Source: Octopus sinensis
Lineage: Eukaryota
Reading direction: 5' to 3'
DNA length: 64,000 bases
Assembly (NCBI RefSeq): GCF_006345805.1
Contig: NC_042999.1
Location: 88,474,001 to 88,538,000 of the forward strand
The notes under the pieces were generated by a model that ran no database searches, was not told the DNA's origin, and saw only the letters and a list, made by a program, of their open reading frames with translations. This document shows positions 12,896-25,666 of the stretch, in pieces (position 1 is the first letter of the stretch; the number at the start of each line of letters is the position of its first letter). The position numbers and the translations under genes are program-made.

Positions 12896-13407
12896 GTAAT
12901 TTTACATTTGTTTTTATTTATTAATGTTGATGGTGGTATGACTTGGGGCAAGAGATAATGTATATTTCAACCTTGTCTCTATTTAAAATAGGTAGTTTTG
13001 AGATATGGAATGTGATTCTATTTTCTGTGTTTAATCAACTATTGGATAGGATTCATCTGTGAATAAATGTCTATTGAATTTATGGTGTGTGAGTTTTCTT
13101 TTCTTTTTTTTTACCTTTTCATTTTCTTCCTTGACACTTCAAGCATCAAGATCATAATGATGTTAGTAATGCAATATTAACAAAAGAGTAATGAAATCAG
13201 TGGTATTCAGTTACTTTCACCCCACACCTTTACATAGCTTCTAACAATATTTGTGAAAGACAAACATAATTAAAAAAAAACATGATTAGATAGAGGGAGT
13301 TAACTGAATACTTATACACACAGGTATGCATATACATATGTACATACATACATCTTTTTTTATATACATATATGTCATTGTTTATTCAATTGTAGTATGA
13401 AATATAC

Positions 13408-13446
<39 letters not shown>

Positions 13447-13622
13447 GATAAGAAAGTTTGTTTGGTAAAGCACGTGGGTGAATATATAAGAAAATAGTAA
13501 AGTGTGAAAAAACGACAGAAGGCTTAAATGTTAAAAAATATATATATTTGTGTCAAAATGTCTGGAGAATATTGGAAAAATTTTTTTCCTTTCCTTAAAA
13601 TGACATAATTTTAAAATTTTTA

Positions 13623-13662
13623 AAGAAATTACCGGTTTCGCGTGTAGCTTTTCAAATTTCTT
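13623..13662 (-). ncRNA. Minimal hammerhead ribozyme, U3-A8 variant, GUA site
   Basis: AAGAAAT-TTGAAAA-GC(TACAC)GC-GAAAC-CG-GTA-ATTTCTT: 7-bp stem I, 2-bp stem II, palindromic stem III ACCGGT. Confidence 0.75.
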
Positions 13663-13701
13663 GTGACGTTATGTTTATATTGCATGGAATTATCGTTGTT
13701 T

Positions 13702-14826
13702 TTATTTCCAGGAGATTTCTAAATAAGGGGAGGTAGTGAGTGATTTTTTCCGGTGTAGGGGAGATAATCGCTTAAAAAATTTTTTTTCCATTTCCTTGTT
13801 AATTCTCTGTGTCAGTATGTTCGGATGGTTGAGTCTGGGTTTGTACTTTTCAATGAAGAATGTTTCCTTGTTCAGTCTCATTTGTGTTGATGATCCGAAA
13901 GCACATTGGTAAAATGGGAAGATTAAAAATTGTGGCAGTAGTTGCTTTGCGCATTTCTCAATGTGCTCACTAAAAGGTATCATTCTATATTCTGGGAATG
14001 CAATCTGTTGTCGATGCAGTGTGCATCTGCGCCTGAGTGATAGTCCCGTGGAACCCACGTAGTCTTGGTGGCAGCCCGAGCATTTAATAACATAAATTAT
14101 GTTTTCAGAGGCACAAGTAAAGTTAGATTTGATCTTAAATTTCTGTCCCTCTTTAAAGAGGAATTCTGATCCTTCCAATAGGTTAGGACATGTTGCACAG
14201 TTCGATCTACCACATTTTTTTACTTTTGCATCCGTAATTTTAGAAGACAATTTTGCCTTTGTGAGAATCTTTTTAAGTGATTTAGGCTGTTTGTAGCTTT
14301 TAATGATTTGGTGTATGTTTAGAATTTCCTTTAATTTTGGGTTTTTATGAAGTATTGGTAAATTCTGGGTGATGATGGTGAAGGCTTCTTTGTTTCTGGG
14401 GTTGTATGTAGATATGTAAGGTAGTATTTTCGGGGAAGGTGTGTTGTTGTGTTGAACTTTTCTTAAAGTTTCTATGTTGATTTCTGTTGCACGTCTGATC
14501 CCATCCTCTATGAGTTGAGCTGGGTAACGTCTGTCAATTAGGGTGTTTTTGAGTTCTTGCAGTCTAAAGTTCCTGGTATTTTGTTCTGACACTATTGTGC
14601 ATATCCTTCTTGCAAGGTTGAAGGGGATGTTTGTTTTAGTGTGTCTTGGGTGGCATGAATTAAAAAGAAGGTATTGTTTGGCGTCTGTGGCTTTGTAAAA
14701 AATGTCTGTTTCTATTTTAAGGTTAATTTTTTTAATTAGTATATCCAAGAACGGGAGCTCCTTTTGGTTGTATTCCATTGTGAACTGTATATTTGGGTTT
14801 ATGCTGTTCAATAGGTTTTTAAATTT
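13702..14826 (-). CDS. Penelope polyprotein C-terminal half (RT palm end/thumb, CxxxxCxxC linker, GIY-YIG endonuclease), uninterrupted
   Basis: Motifs NPNIQFTME, LPFLD, CHPRHTK, KCGRSNCATC, NIIYVIKCSGC..YVGST, ETFFIEKYKPRLN. Confidence 0.95.
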   Translation of the reverse strand, partial: KFKNLLNSINPNIQFTMEYNQKELPFLDILIKKINLKIETDIFYKATDAKQYLLFNSCHPRHTKTNIPFNLARRICTIVSEQNTRNFRLQELKNTLIDRRYPAQLIEDGIRRATEINIETLRKVQHNNTPSPKILPYISTYNPRNKEAFTIITQNLPILHKNPKLKEILNIHQIIKSYKQPKSLKKILTKAKLSSKITDAKVKKCGRSNCATCPNLLEGSEFLFKEGQKFKIKSNFTCASENIIYVIKCSGCHQDYVGSTGLSLRRRCTLHRQQIAFPEYRMIPFSEHIEKCAKQLLPQFLIFPFYQCAFGSSTQMRLNKETFFIEKYKPRLNHPNILTQRINKEMEKKFFKRLSPLHRKKSLTTSPYLEISWK

Positions 14827-14846
14827 AATAGGTTCAATAGGTTTTA

Positions 14847-15393
14847 AAATTTAAAAACCTATTGAACAGCATAAACCCAAATATACAGTTCACAATGGAA
14901 TACAACCAAAAGGAGCTCCCGTTCTTGGATATACTAATTAAAAAAATTAACCTTAAAATAGAAACAGACATTTTTTACAAAGCCACAGACGCCAAACAAT
15001 ACCTTCTTTTTAATTCATGCCACCCAAGACACACTAAAACAAACATCCCCTTCAACCTTGCAAGAAGGATATGCACAATAGTGTCAGAACAAAATACCAG
15101 GAACTTTAGACTGCAAGAACTCAAAAACACCCTAATTGACAGACGTTACCCAGCTCAACTCATAGAGGATGGGATCAGACGTGCAACAGAAATCAACATA
15201 GAAACTTTAAGAAAAGTTCAACACAACAACACACCTTCCCCGAAAATACTACCTTACATATCTACATACAACCCCAGAAACAAAGAAGCCTTCACCATCA
15301 TCACCCAGAATTTACCAATACTTCATAAAAACCCAAAATTAAAGGAAATTCTAAACATACACCAAATCATTAAAAGCTACAAACAGCCTAAAT
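14847..15393 (+). pseudogene. Inverted duplicate of the Penelope RT-thumb region (same peptide up to SYKQPK)
   Basis: ORF 14862..15428 matches ORF 13702..14811 for its first ~177 aa, then runs into flank. Confidence 0.92.
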
Positions 15394-16149
15394 TGTTGAT
15401 GAGCCAAATAATGGAGTTTTGTGAGTAGTGTTTGGCAAGGTGTGAAGATGCACACCTACCAAGAAAGATTGTTTGGTGTGATGAGACTATATTTAAACCC
15501 TTTAGTGTTCAGATTAATCTGTCACATGTAATGCTTATTTGTTCACGTTATTTTGAATTACAGGTTCAAGAGAGGTGTCCACAATATTTGTTTGTAACTT
15601 TATTAATTTTTTATATAAATTTGAAATTTTGTCAGCGGGTGCTTATATATCAATGGTTTATAGTTATGTAATTTTAGCTGATCTTTCCAATTAAATTTTA
15701 CTTTTATGGGTATGTAAATTTAATTAACAGGTGTAAAAGCAATAACATTATGGATACACACTAAAATTGAAATTCTTAATGCATCTTACCTGTTTGAATT
15801 GTTACTAAAATTATCCTAGATGTCAACTGCCAACAATTTTGCCACTTTTCAAGATGAGGTACATTAATTTGAATTAAAATACAGGTATAATCAGTACAAG
15901 ATTTTATTTTCTCTATATTTCATTCAAAATCTTTCACTAGTCAATATATCATTGGCTATACATTCTTATACATTCTTATACAATTTAATGAATACATTTA
16001 TATAACATAAGCTCATTAACAGGTGAGACAAAGGTGAATACAGGTGTGTAACATACTGAAAATTAATATGTATTTCTCACTTTCACATATTATTAGTAAT
16101 AAAATGAAAGGAATACATGATAGTATTACTATCAAACACCAAAATAGAG

Positions 16150-16430
16150 TTATGCCATATTTCTATCATGAAACTGTTCAAAGCACCCTTTACAAAAGGG
16201 CTCTTTGCAAAACGAACACATACATGAGGTCTTGACCGGATATCCTTTCATAGCTTTTCTTTTTTGCAGTGAACACCGTCTGCAAACATTGTTCCTTCCA
16301 TTTATGTTTTCCCCTTTATGGAAGTCAATATTTTCTCTGTTCACACCCACCTCAGTTAATTTTGCTTTTCTCCCAGTTCTGTACTTTCTGGAGAAAAGTC
16401 CTCATGTAACTGAGATGTGATGTTGAACCC
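16150..16430 (-). pseudogene. piggyBac transposase C-terminus with cysteine-rich domain
   Basis: VCRRCSLQKRK..KTSCMCSFCKEPFCKGCFEQFH matches the piggyBac CRD pattern. Confidence 0.8.
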
Positions 16431-16431
16431 A

Positions 16432-16724
16432 GGTAAAAAAAGTCACAGGAATAAACGTCATGGAATAAGTCACAGGAAGTCAATATGTACAAGTCATGTA
16501 TCGCCAGTTAATTGATTTAAAATATTTTCTGTTTTATTACTTTAATAATTGTTTATGGTACTTTAGTAAATTGTGACTGACTTGAATATTTTTGTTTGAT
16601 TGCCTGACTTTCTTTCCCAGACAAAATTGTGACTTTTTCTGTGCCTTTACTACCAGCCACCATAAGTTAATTGTGACCTTTTTTCCTAGGCAAAATTGTG
16701 ATTTTTTCCTGTGACTTTATTACT
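16432..16724. mobile_element. MITE-like insert with inverted GTCACAGGAA(A)-type terminal/subterminal motifs
   Basis: GGTAAAAAAAGTCACAGGAATAAA at the left; TTTTTTCCTGTGACTTTATTAC at the right; repeated TTGTGAC motifs. Confidence 0.55.
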
Positions 16725-16729
16725 GATCA

Positions 16730-17378
16730 TGGCGAAGTCACCCCAAAATTTCGAATGGTTGTAGGCCTTTGGTAGCAGAAGTACCTTGTGGCCTTTTACA
16801 TAAACAATATATGAATTAACTATAGTTACACATAATGCTGGAGATATATGGATTACATACCTTATATCAGGACTCCAATAGTTCCACAGTCAAGGAAGCT
16901 GCTTGATACCAAACATAATGTTTATAGTAACAAAAAGCTTGTATTTGCACAGTATCAGTTGGCTGTCATAGCGGAGTGGGTCTTCCACGAATAGAAGTTA
17001 TGCATTGAGCATATTTATTTGTTTCCTCTGTGACAGTTTCAAAAAACTTTGTGGTAAAAATAAAAATAAATAGTCCAATGGTTGAGCATTGGGAAGTAGA
17101 CTGTGTTGTTGACTAGTCTTTTCCATGAAATGAGGAATTGTGGTTGATGTAACAATATTCAACCATACTGCCATAATGTTTTCAATATCATTTCATCGCT
17201 TTCATTTTTTTTTTATCACTTTCATTATCAAAAATTTTCCTTGTCTGATGGAGATTCATAAATATCAACATCAGATTTGTCTGAAATCAAATCACTTGTT
17301 TTCATTTATATTTTGTACATCAACAAGAGTAAAACCTTCAAAGTTGGAATTGCTACTTGCTGGTGCCATATCATTAAA
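16730..17378 (-). pseudogene. piggyBac (PGBD4-like) transposase N-terminal remnant, frameshifted
   Basis: Manual translation: acidic N-terminus, PLDYLFLF, FFETVTEETNKYA, QPTDTVQIQAF, FGIKQLP*LWNYWSPD. Confidence 0.8.
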
Positions 17379-20300
17379 AACTAAGATATACACTTCTGTT
17401 CAAACGTTGAAAAGAACCAAGAAATCTCAAAAACTTTATGGTATTTTTACTTGAATAAAGGTGGGAAAGGAATTATCTTGCATTATCTCAAAGCTACGAG
17501 AATTCAATAACATGATTTATATATTTTTCAGCAATTTTATAAAGGAACCAGATATAGCCAGTTCAAACAAATAAAGGGAAAATATTTTCAGCCAGTTTTG
17601 GCCAATCTGAATACTAAAGGGTTACATTAAATAGCTCAATTAATTGCCATAATTGCACCATTGATGATCCAAGAATCAACCTAACATAAAAGAACATCAT
17701 GTTAGTTTTACCAATAATTACAGTACCATGTGCCTCATCATCAAAAGAATTAAATGGACTGTTCATTTTTAACAACACTGTGATTGGTCCCATTTAATTG
17801 AATTTGCTGCAGCAATCTATTATGGGAAGCATTGAAGAGGATTTGAAGATATGGAGATTTATTTTCTGTAAGATGTGACACTACATAGTAGTGTAAAGGT
17901 CTACTTTGATGAGATTTTGCCAAACAGGTGGATTGGATAAAGAGATTCAGTAGAATACTCTCTATATTCATCAGAGCTCATGCCACTTTTTACATGGAAA
18001 TACTTAAAAGAAAATATTTACAGTACAAAGCTGGCAACAGATAATGAATCAGAGGCAGCCATTGAATGAGAATGTGCATAAATACTGAGTGAAATATTTC
18101 TTGATGTTTGCAGTTCCATTGCTTCATGTTATCAGCAGTCCCAGACCAGAGCGATCATCAGTCTGAAAACTGGAATTCATAAACAATTAAATTCTGCCTG
18201 CATAATATTTTATATTCTAAGAACAAATTGTATTTTGATAAACACTGATTTGTAGTCATTCAATGTTTATTTACATTTTTGGGAGACACTCACTCTCTAT
18301 TTACATGAGATTGGTAAGCAAGATTCTTCACCACATACCATACACACACACACACACACACACACACATCAATATGTGTATGCATGTGTGTACTTATATT
18401 TTGTACAATTTTCACAGGAAACAATGACATGGACAGAAATAAACTGATTTAATTTTTTCCTCTTTTATAATTTCATTCACATTAGGATGGCTTATAGGAA
18501 TACTAATTCAGCACCAGAACTTGTCTGGTATTTTATTTTTTCATCCCCAGCAAGGATGAAAGGCTTAGTTGGCCTCAACAGTATCTTAAAGCAGAATGTA
18601 ATTAAATACCACAAGCATTGTGTCAAATACTCTAACACTTCTACCAATCTTCTATCTATACTTCATTTCAAGACTTATTTGGTGTAAATAGAAGAAAAAG
18701 CAATATATTTAGTATATTGTATGCTAGCATATGTTAAACAAATACATATTGTTTCGATATTCTTTTGCAGCTGGACTTTCTTCCTGCTGCTAACCTATTC
18801 CTGTTTCTTCCTTCTGCTAACCTATTCCTGTTACTTTGCCAGTAATGGATTTTTCATTCAAATCATCTTTGAAAGAGCTGAGACAACTGGAATGAAAACT
18901 TCTTTATTTGAAAACGGTTATAGCAGAAAAGGCAGTCAACTGTAAACCAATCCCTCAACCATATGTATTTGTCTGCCTAACTTATGCAAGCATGGAAAAA
19001 TATCCTTAATGTTGTGGTTGTCATTGTCATTATATTCGTTATGTAGAAGTAGGCATCAACTACAAGATCCAGTCCGTGTTGCAATGTGGTTGTGTGGTTT
19101 GCATGCTTCAATGTTCTTGAGAGCTGTACCAGCAGAACACAGGACATTCTATTTTGAACAGCTCAAAGAACAGAGGCCAGACTAAAATGGACCACGAATC
19201 CCCAGATGTAAAAAAAATGGGTTTGCATAGGGCCAACATCCCTACCCAGAAGAAAGGCAAAGTTACAGAAGCAGTGATGATAGTTCAAAACCATCAGAAT
19301 CTGGAAGAGAACAGCCCAGAATCAAGAACAGTGAAGAAAAGTCATTGCTGGCCTATGTTCCATAACGAGTGCACAGCTCAAGTCAGTTGGATATAGGCAT
19401 AGCTGAGTGTTAAAGAAATACTTCACCATCATGAGGTCTTGGGTTTTATTCTACTGCACAGCATCTTCAATGAGTATTTATGACCAAAGTCTCCAGTCAA
19501 CTCAAACTTTGTGAGTGAAACTGAACAGACGGAAACCATTTTACCTGCAATTCAATGGTGCAGTCTTATCATTTAGCGGCCTACTGATACAGCTGTGGAA
19601 TTACACAAAGGGTACATGTGTCTTTGGAATACTCAGTCATTTATATATTAATTCAATAAATCTGGCATCCAGTTGATTAACTGAAGGCTTCATCTTAAAG
19701 CCAATGGAGGAGCTATCATATCATTAGCACAGTTGCAGAGAGTAAAAGAATTGTTAGAATGTCATTGTTTCTATTGTTGTTGTTAAGCTGCTAATATTGA
19801 TCAAAGGCTTTCCAATTTCAGCCATGATCATCCCTTCATTTTAGGAGAATGAAGGTCTAAATTTTTTATTGTGTGCTTTCTTTTTACCAAAATAGGAGTG
19901 TGTAATCTGAGGAAGATTTGGCTGTTTCTCCAGTATGCCAAGGAACTACATAGAAGCTCTTTCATTGGTTCATCAATAGAATGCTGAACATGACTGTGAC
20001 AAATGATATTTATCTACATCCCTTTATGTTCTTAATTCAAATATTCCTGGGACTGAATTTGACTTTCATCCCTCCAATTACCAATATGATAAGTATCAGT
20101 TAAGGCAATTTAACTGGTAACTAAGCCTCCCTAAATTTGGGGGCTTTATAGCCAAGTATTAACATATTTGTTGTTGATGATGGTGATGTTGTGGTTTCAG
20201 TCCCAGGTCAACTCTGATCAAGCAAAGCTATAGTCAAAGGAATTCCACCAGTGACCATCCTATTGTTGTAAGGATATGTAGGGCATTATCTGTTGAGCCT

Positions 20301-23204
20301 TTGCCTTATATAAGATGGCAGAACAGATGCTGTTATTATTGTTTGATACTCAGATCATCTCTGACCAAGTTGATCCATGATCAAAATGCATTCCAGTATT
20401 GAGCATCCTATTTTATTCAGATATACTGTATGTATGATCACATTGTTCAATAAGCACATTTAAAAAAAAACTTGTTAGTTTAAGTTAGAGCATTTATTGT
20501 TAGTATTCCTTAACCTCAGGTCAAACCTGACTGAGTAGAACAATCATCAAAGGTATTCCAGTTATGACAACTCTTGCTTTTAGAAAACTCTAAGACAACA
20601 TCTAGAGCTTCTTTAGCAGCATTGTAGACTCCTGAGCAAATCAATGCACTTGGCCCTACAGTATTTATTTATTGACATCAAGCCACAACATATACAGATC
20701 GTAATTGGGGTCTCCCTTTACCCCAATTCTGAGCAACTTCCCAGTCTCCCCATGCCTTAAGATGTTGTTTATTTATGAGATGGTAGGGTATGATTTGTGG
20801 AAGGTTTGTAGCTGAATGATGACATACAGGCACTTTTTGGCTTATGGCTGCTACCATCCATACAGTGTTGGAGAATTGTTAATTTCTGAATAGTGGTGAA
20901 ACTAACAACAAAATACATATTATCACACCAATGTGTGACGTAAGATCCAGCCTTAAATATGTAAGAGATGTTTCTGTGTGGAAGCATAGCAACTGGTGCC
21001 TGATGACATTTTCAAATTGCCCAAAAATGTAGCATCTATAATAAGCTGCTGAGAACTTGTCATATGAGTTTCATTCTTCAGTAAAACTGTATGTACTTCA
21101 ACTATGGCAATCATACTTTGTTGTACTGAACATTATCATTTTCGTGCTTGCAATAGTTTGTATCTACTTTTTGTCAAAGATAAAATTTATATATGATATT
21201 AGACAATGAAATTTCAGGATATACACCTATCTGTGAAGAATTACTATGACATCTAGCTTTCCTGATTTTTCAGCTTTTCGTCTTAATTATATCATCCTCA
21301 TCAACATTGAAGGTCCATGTTCCATGCTAACATGGCATGGTTTGACAAGAATTTGATGAGTCAAAGGACTGCATCATACCATACACCAATATCTGCTTTG
21401 GCATGATTTCTAGGGCTGGATTCCTTCCTAATGCCAACCACTTTACAGCATGTACTGGACGCATTTTTTTTTTCATGTCATCAGCACTTTTGAGGTCACA
21501 ATGTGGCCTGCAAGAAGGGATGATGCCACGTCCATATCTTAGATGGAGTTAAGGTATGGGGAAAGGGGCTGGGGTAGATCAAGTTCACCGTGAAGAGAAG
21601 TTACATGACTGCTCACATTTAAGAATGAGAATGAATTAAAGATATATCCAAGGAAACAGCGGTTATGAGGTGTCCAGATGGCACCTCAGGTAGCAGGAAC
21701 AGTTGGTGGTGGTGGTGGTGGTGGGGTGAATGGGGTTTTTGTAAAAGTATGGGAAAAGAGACAGGGAAACTGGGAGAGGGAGGTACACAACATCAGTAAA
21801 GATTGGGCATGGGTTGATGAAAGAGGCTACCTGAGTTGAAGAGGCTTCAGGGATACTAGCAGTAGGATAATAACGATACGACTAATGTGGGGAGAAGAGA
21901 GATGGCATGTTTAGGTAGGCTACAGAAACAATAGAAAGATAAAACATGCACTATAACATGTGGGTGTGGAGAACAATATTAATAATTGAAAGTTGGCTAA
22001 CAGGTGAAATGTTCTGGGTAGCAAGAGAGCAAAGTGGTACCGGGATAGTGGGAGAAGAGTTGCAGTGGATAATGTGATGTGGTGTGACATGAGGAGGCTG
22101 CGATTGATTGATTGCACACACACACACATCTATGTGTGTATATGCATGCACATGTATGTGTGTATGTGCATGCATGTGAGGGGTTATACTGACTTCTGTA
22201 TAACTATTTTATAAATTCTTTGATACCATTAACAATAGCCAGTCCATCTCTTATTTTATTTTACTTTCAGTTGAAGTTATATATGAAGATATATATATAA
22301 GAATTTAGAATTCTGATTTTTATCTCATTTTTAATTGTTTGTAAGGGCATCAATAACAGAAACAGCTTAATGAACAAACAGTGTGGATTGAACCACTATC
22401 TAAAAGTTCTCTTGCTAGATCAAAAATTATCAATGGTCAGAGTAAGAACAATACTATCATCAATCATCATTACAATTTTAATTGTTGTCATCTATTGTTA
22501 TTAATTTACACATTTATGATTGCATAATATACATATAACTTGAAAACGGCATTAATACAATAATAAAAAGAGTAATTTATTTAACTAAAATAAAACTGAT
22601 TAAATAAGAGGTAGCCATATATTGTCTCAATATTCTTTAGTAGGGTAGTCTAATAAATCATATTAATCTTCATCAAAGCTGAAAATGATAACAGAAAGAG
22701 CATATACCTTTAACTTCTGCAAACTTGCAAATTTAAATATTTCTCCAAACTAATGTATCTGATGACTTTCTAAGTAGTTGATATCTGATTTGGTAGCATG
22801 AATTTTGAAAGGTGATACCATGTCATTTTGTTGGTCAAAGTTGAAATTTATTTTGACAGGTTCACCTATCTTCAATCATATATTTATCTTCTTTCAAGAA
22901 ATTAAAAAAAATATAATGATAATAGAAAATATATTTGCTCACTAGAGCTTTTCGCTTTTTTATTTTTAATTTATTTCTTAAATAGCTTGTGTTACCGAAA
23001 TATAATCAATGGAACTGAAATCTTAGATTAAATCATCTCTCAGACAAGTGAAATGTAGCTAGAGAGAGCTATCTGTATGTATCCATCTACCAAATTAAAA
23101 TGAAGAAATTGTATTTAAATAGCGTTTAGATATCTAGAAGTTCCTTTTTCATTGTATAAAAATGTTAACTTTGTTATTTATGTAAATTTGAAAAGTAGGT
23201 GCAT

Positions 23205-23700
23205 CCATCTGGTTCGCCAGTCCTCAGTCAAATCGTCCAACCCATGCTAGCATGGAAAGTGGATGTTAAACAATGATGATGTTTCAGTCATTAGACTGTG
23301 GCCATGCTAGGGCACTGCCTCAAGGAATTTTCTGTTGGATGTACCACAGTACTTATTTTTCTCTTTTAAAGCCTGGTACTTATTCTATTGGTCTCTTTTG
23401 CCAAACCACTAAGTTACAGGAATATAGACACACCAACACCAGTTGTCAAGCAGTGGTGGGAGACAAACACAGACACAATGACACGCACACATACATGTAC
23501 ATATACATGTATACAACAGGCTTCTTTCAGTTTCCATTTATCAAATCCACTCAGAAGGCTTTGGTCAGCCTGAGGCTATAGTAGAAAATACTTGCCCAAG
23601 GTGCCACACAGTGGGACTGACCCTGGAACCATATGGTTGTGAAGCAAGCTTCTTACCATGCAGTCACACCTGTGACTTAACACATGGTTCTTACCACACA
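23205..23700 (-). mobile_element. SINE family C fragment (CATCATCGTTTAACGTCC../CATGCTAGCATGG) joined to CpG-depleted SINE family B
   Basis: Matches to the other copies in the window. Confidence 0.8.
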
Positions 23701-25313
23701 ACCATGACAAAAAATAAATTGCTGTTTTAAAATGTAAGATCATTTTTATTAGCAATTATGCATGACACCACTCATATGATACAAGCCATTTCATGCATGT
23801 CAATCATCGTTGAATTAATAATGACATATCCTCATTTACTAAGGTCTCCCTCAAAGCACTCTTCACATAAGCAAAAATGCTCATCATACACTGTATGGTG
23901 TAATGTATAATTTACTTCAGTCACTTCTTCTCAAAGGATAGCAACATTCTGAATGAAAAAGTATAGGATCTATCAATACTACATCTTAGAACCAAAACAT
24001 GTGGTCATAGTCCACATTAATCCCAAACTGTCTTTCACAGTATATACAAATATGATTGCATAAACACATTTGATTATAGTATTAGTATAACTAAGCAATT
24101 TGTTTCACTACTGTCTATTTCTAAATCTGATCACTTGAACACACAACTATAGTGTGAATTTCCTGAAACCAATGAGAAAAAGCCAAATAAAAGAAAATAT
24201 TAGGGGCAATTTTTGCTTTTTGTGAATCAATCAATATTTAATTTATTTCGTGCCAGCATAGTAAAAAGCATCAGTTGCATAACTTCTCATATTGAAATAT
24301 TTTCACCCATATCTGAATTGGTCTATTTCTTTCAAAGCAGATTAATTTATATATGTCTTAGCCTGGAGAATGGCCAGTGACCACTGAACTTTCTAAACCT
24401 TTTGAGACTAGAGGGAATGTAGGAAAAAAAGAAATAGTTACAACAAGCTATCAAACCAGATTTCAGCTATACAGATCGTCAACAACTCACCTTCTACAAA
24501 AAGGTGTTCAACAACTTTTCACAGCTCACAGTAAATCTCTATTCTGCTACTGGAACGATTTTGAAATAAGCAAAATTTCCTTAAAAGAAATATATTCTGG
24601 CCATTTAGCAAGTATAGTTTACATGTTCTATCTATTAGAACTAACAGAGAATATTTGTTATATGTGATAAGATTGAATGATGCAAACTGGTTGAAAACTT
24701 ATTATAATCTGTAAGTTGATAAGAAACTTGGAAGTGATATACAAAAGGAAACTTAGAACTGCATCAATTGGCTTCTCAGATAATTAAGCTTTGGTCAGGA
24801 AGAGACAAGCAATCACAAAGTGGAGATGCATAGATAGATATAAGCAAAGGAAACATGACGACGATGATGATGATGGAAACTAGAAGAGTGAAGAGGAAGG
24901 AGAGCATAAAGCTGATAAGGAAGAGGAAGATGCTGCAGAACATTTCTGATATTTTTTTTATGTTACACTAAAGCCTCAAAATCAATACCAATGAAAAAGA
25001 TCAAATCTTTATGGCCTGTTTCATTGATTTGGGAGGACGGTTTACAATTTCTTCAGAGGCAATGACAAGTAATGCAGATGAAAAATGGTTCACTAGTAGA
25101 ATTGAACTCAAGAAGTATGAATATGTATCAGAGTATTAAACTCCATTTCCAGTGTGACTGATTCTATACAAGGTTTTTATCCACCCTTCATTTCCCATTT
25201 ATTCTATGCTGCTTGATATTGTTCATATTGCATTTTTGCCAGAAATTATATGTGCGTGTGTGTCTGTCTGTGTGTATTTTTATATATATATATATGTATG
25301 TCTCTATGTATTT

Positions 25314-25339
<26 letters not shown>

Positions 25340-25348
<9 letters not shown>

Positions 25349-25631
25349 GTCCAACCCATGCTAGCATGGAGAACGGACGTTAAACGACGATGATGATGAT
25401 GATATATATATATATATGTATGTATGTGTGTGTGTGTATATATATATATATATGTATGTATGTATGTGTGTGTGTATATATATATATATATATAATATAT
25501 ATATATATATATACCGTCCAACCCATGCTAGCATGGAGAACGGACGTTAAACGACGATGATGATGATGATATATATATATATATGTATGTATGTGTGTGT
25601 GTGTATATATATATATATATGTATGTATGTA

Positions 25632-25660
<29 letters not shown>
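25340..25660. repeat. ~167-bp tandem duplication of SINE-C end plus (ATG)n/(TA)n/(TG)n
   Basis: CCGTCCAACCCATGCTAGCATGGAGAACGGACGTTAAACG occurs at 25347 and 25514. Confidence 0.85.

Positions 25661-25666
<6 letters not shown>

Larger units (their letters stand above)
13447..15393 (-). mobile_element. Penelope-like retroelement copy A, 5'-truncated, with inverted duplication of its 5' 547 bp; 3' end abuts (TA)n
   Basis: RT-thumb + GIY-YIG ORF; 3' region is homologous to 29730-30680; 14280-14826 is mirrored at 14847-15393. Confidence 0.95.
15498..17621 (-). mobile_element. Internally deleted piggyBac transposon (~2.1 kb)
   Basis: TIRs CCCTTTAGTGTTCAGATT (15498-15515) and AATCTGAATACTAAAGGG (17604-17621) match at 17/18. 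TTAA-like flanks are degenerate; transposase remnants lie inside. Confidence 0.85.
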
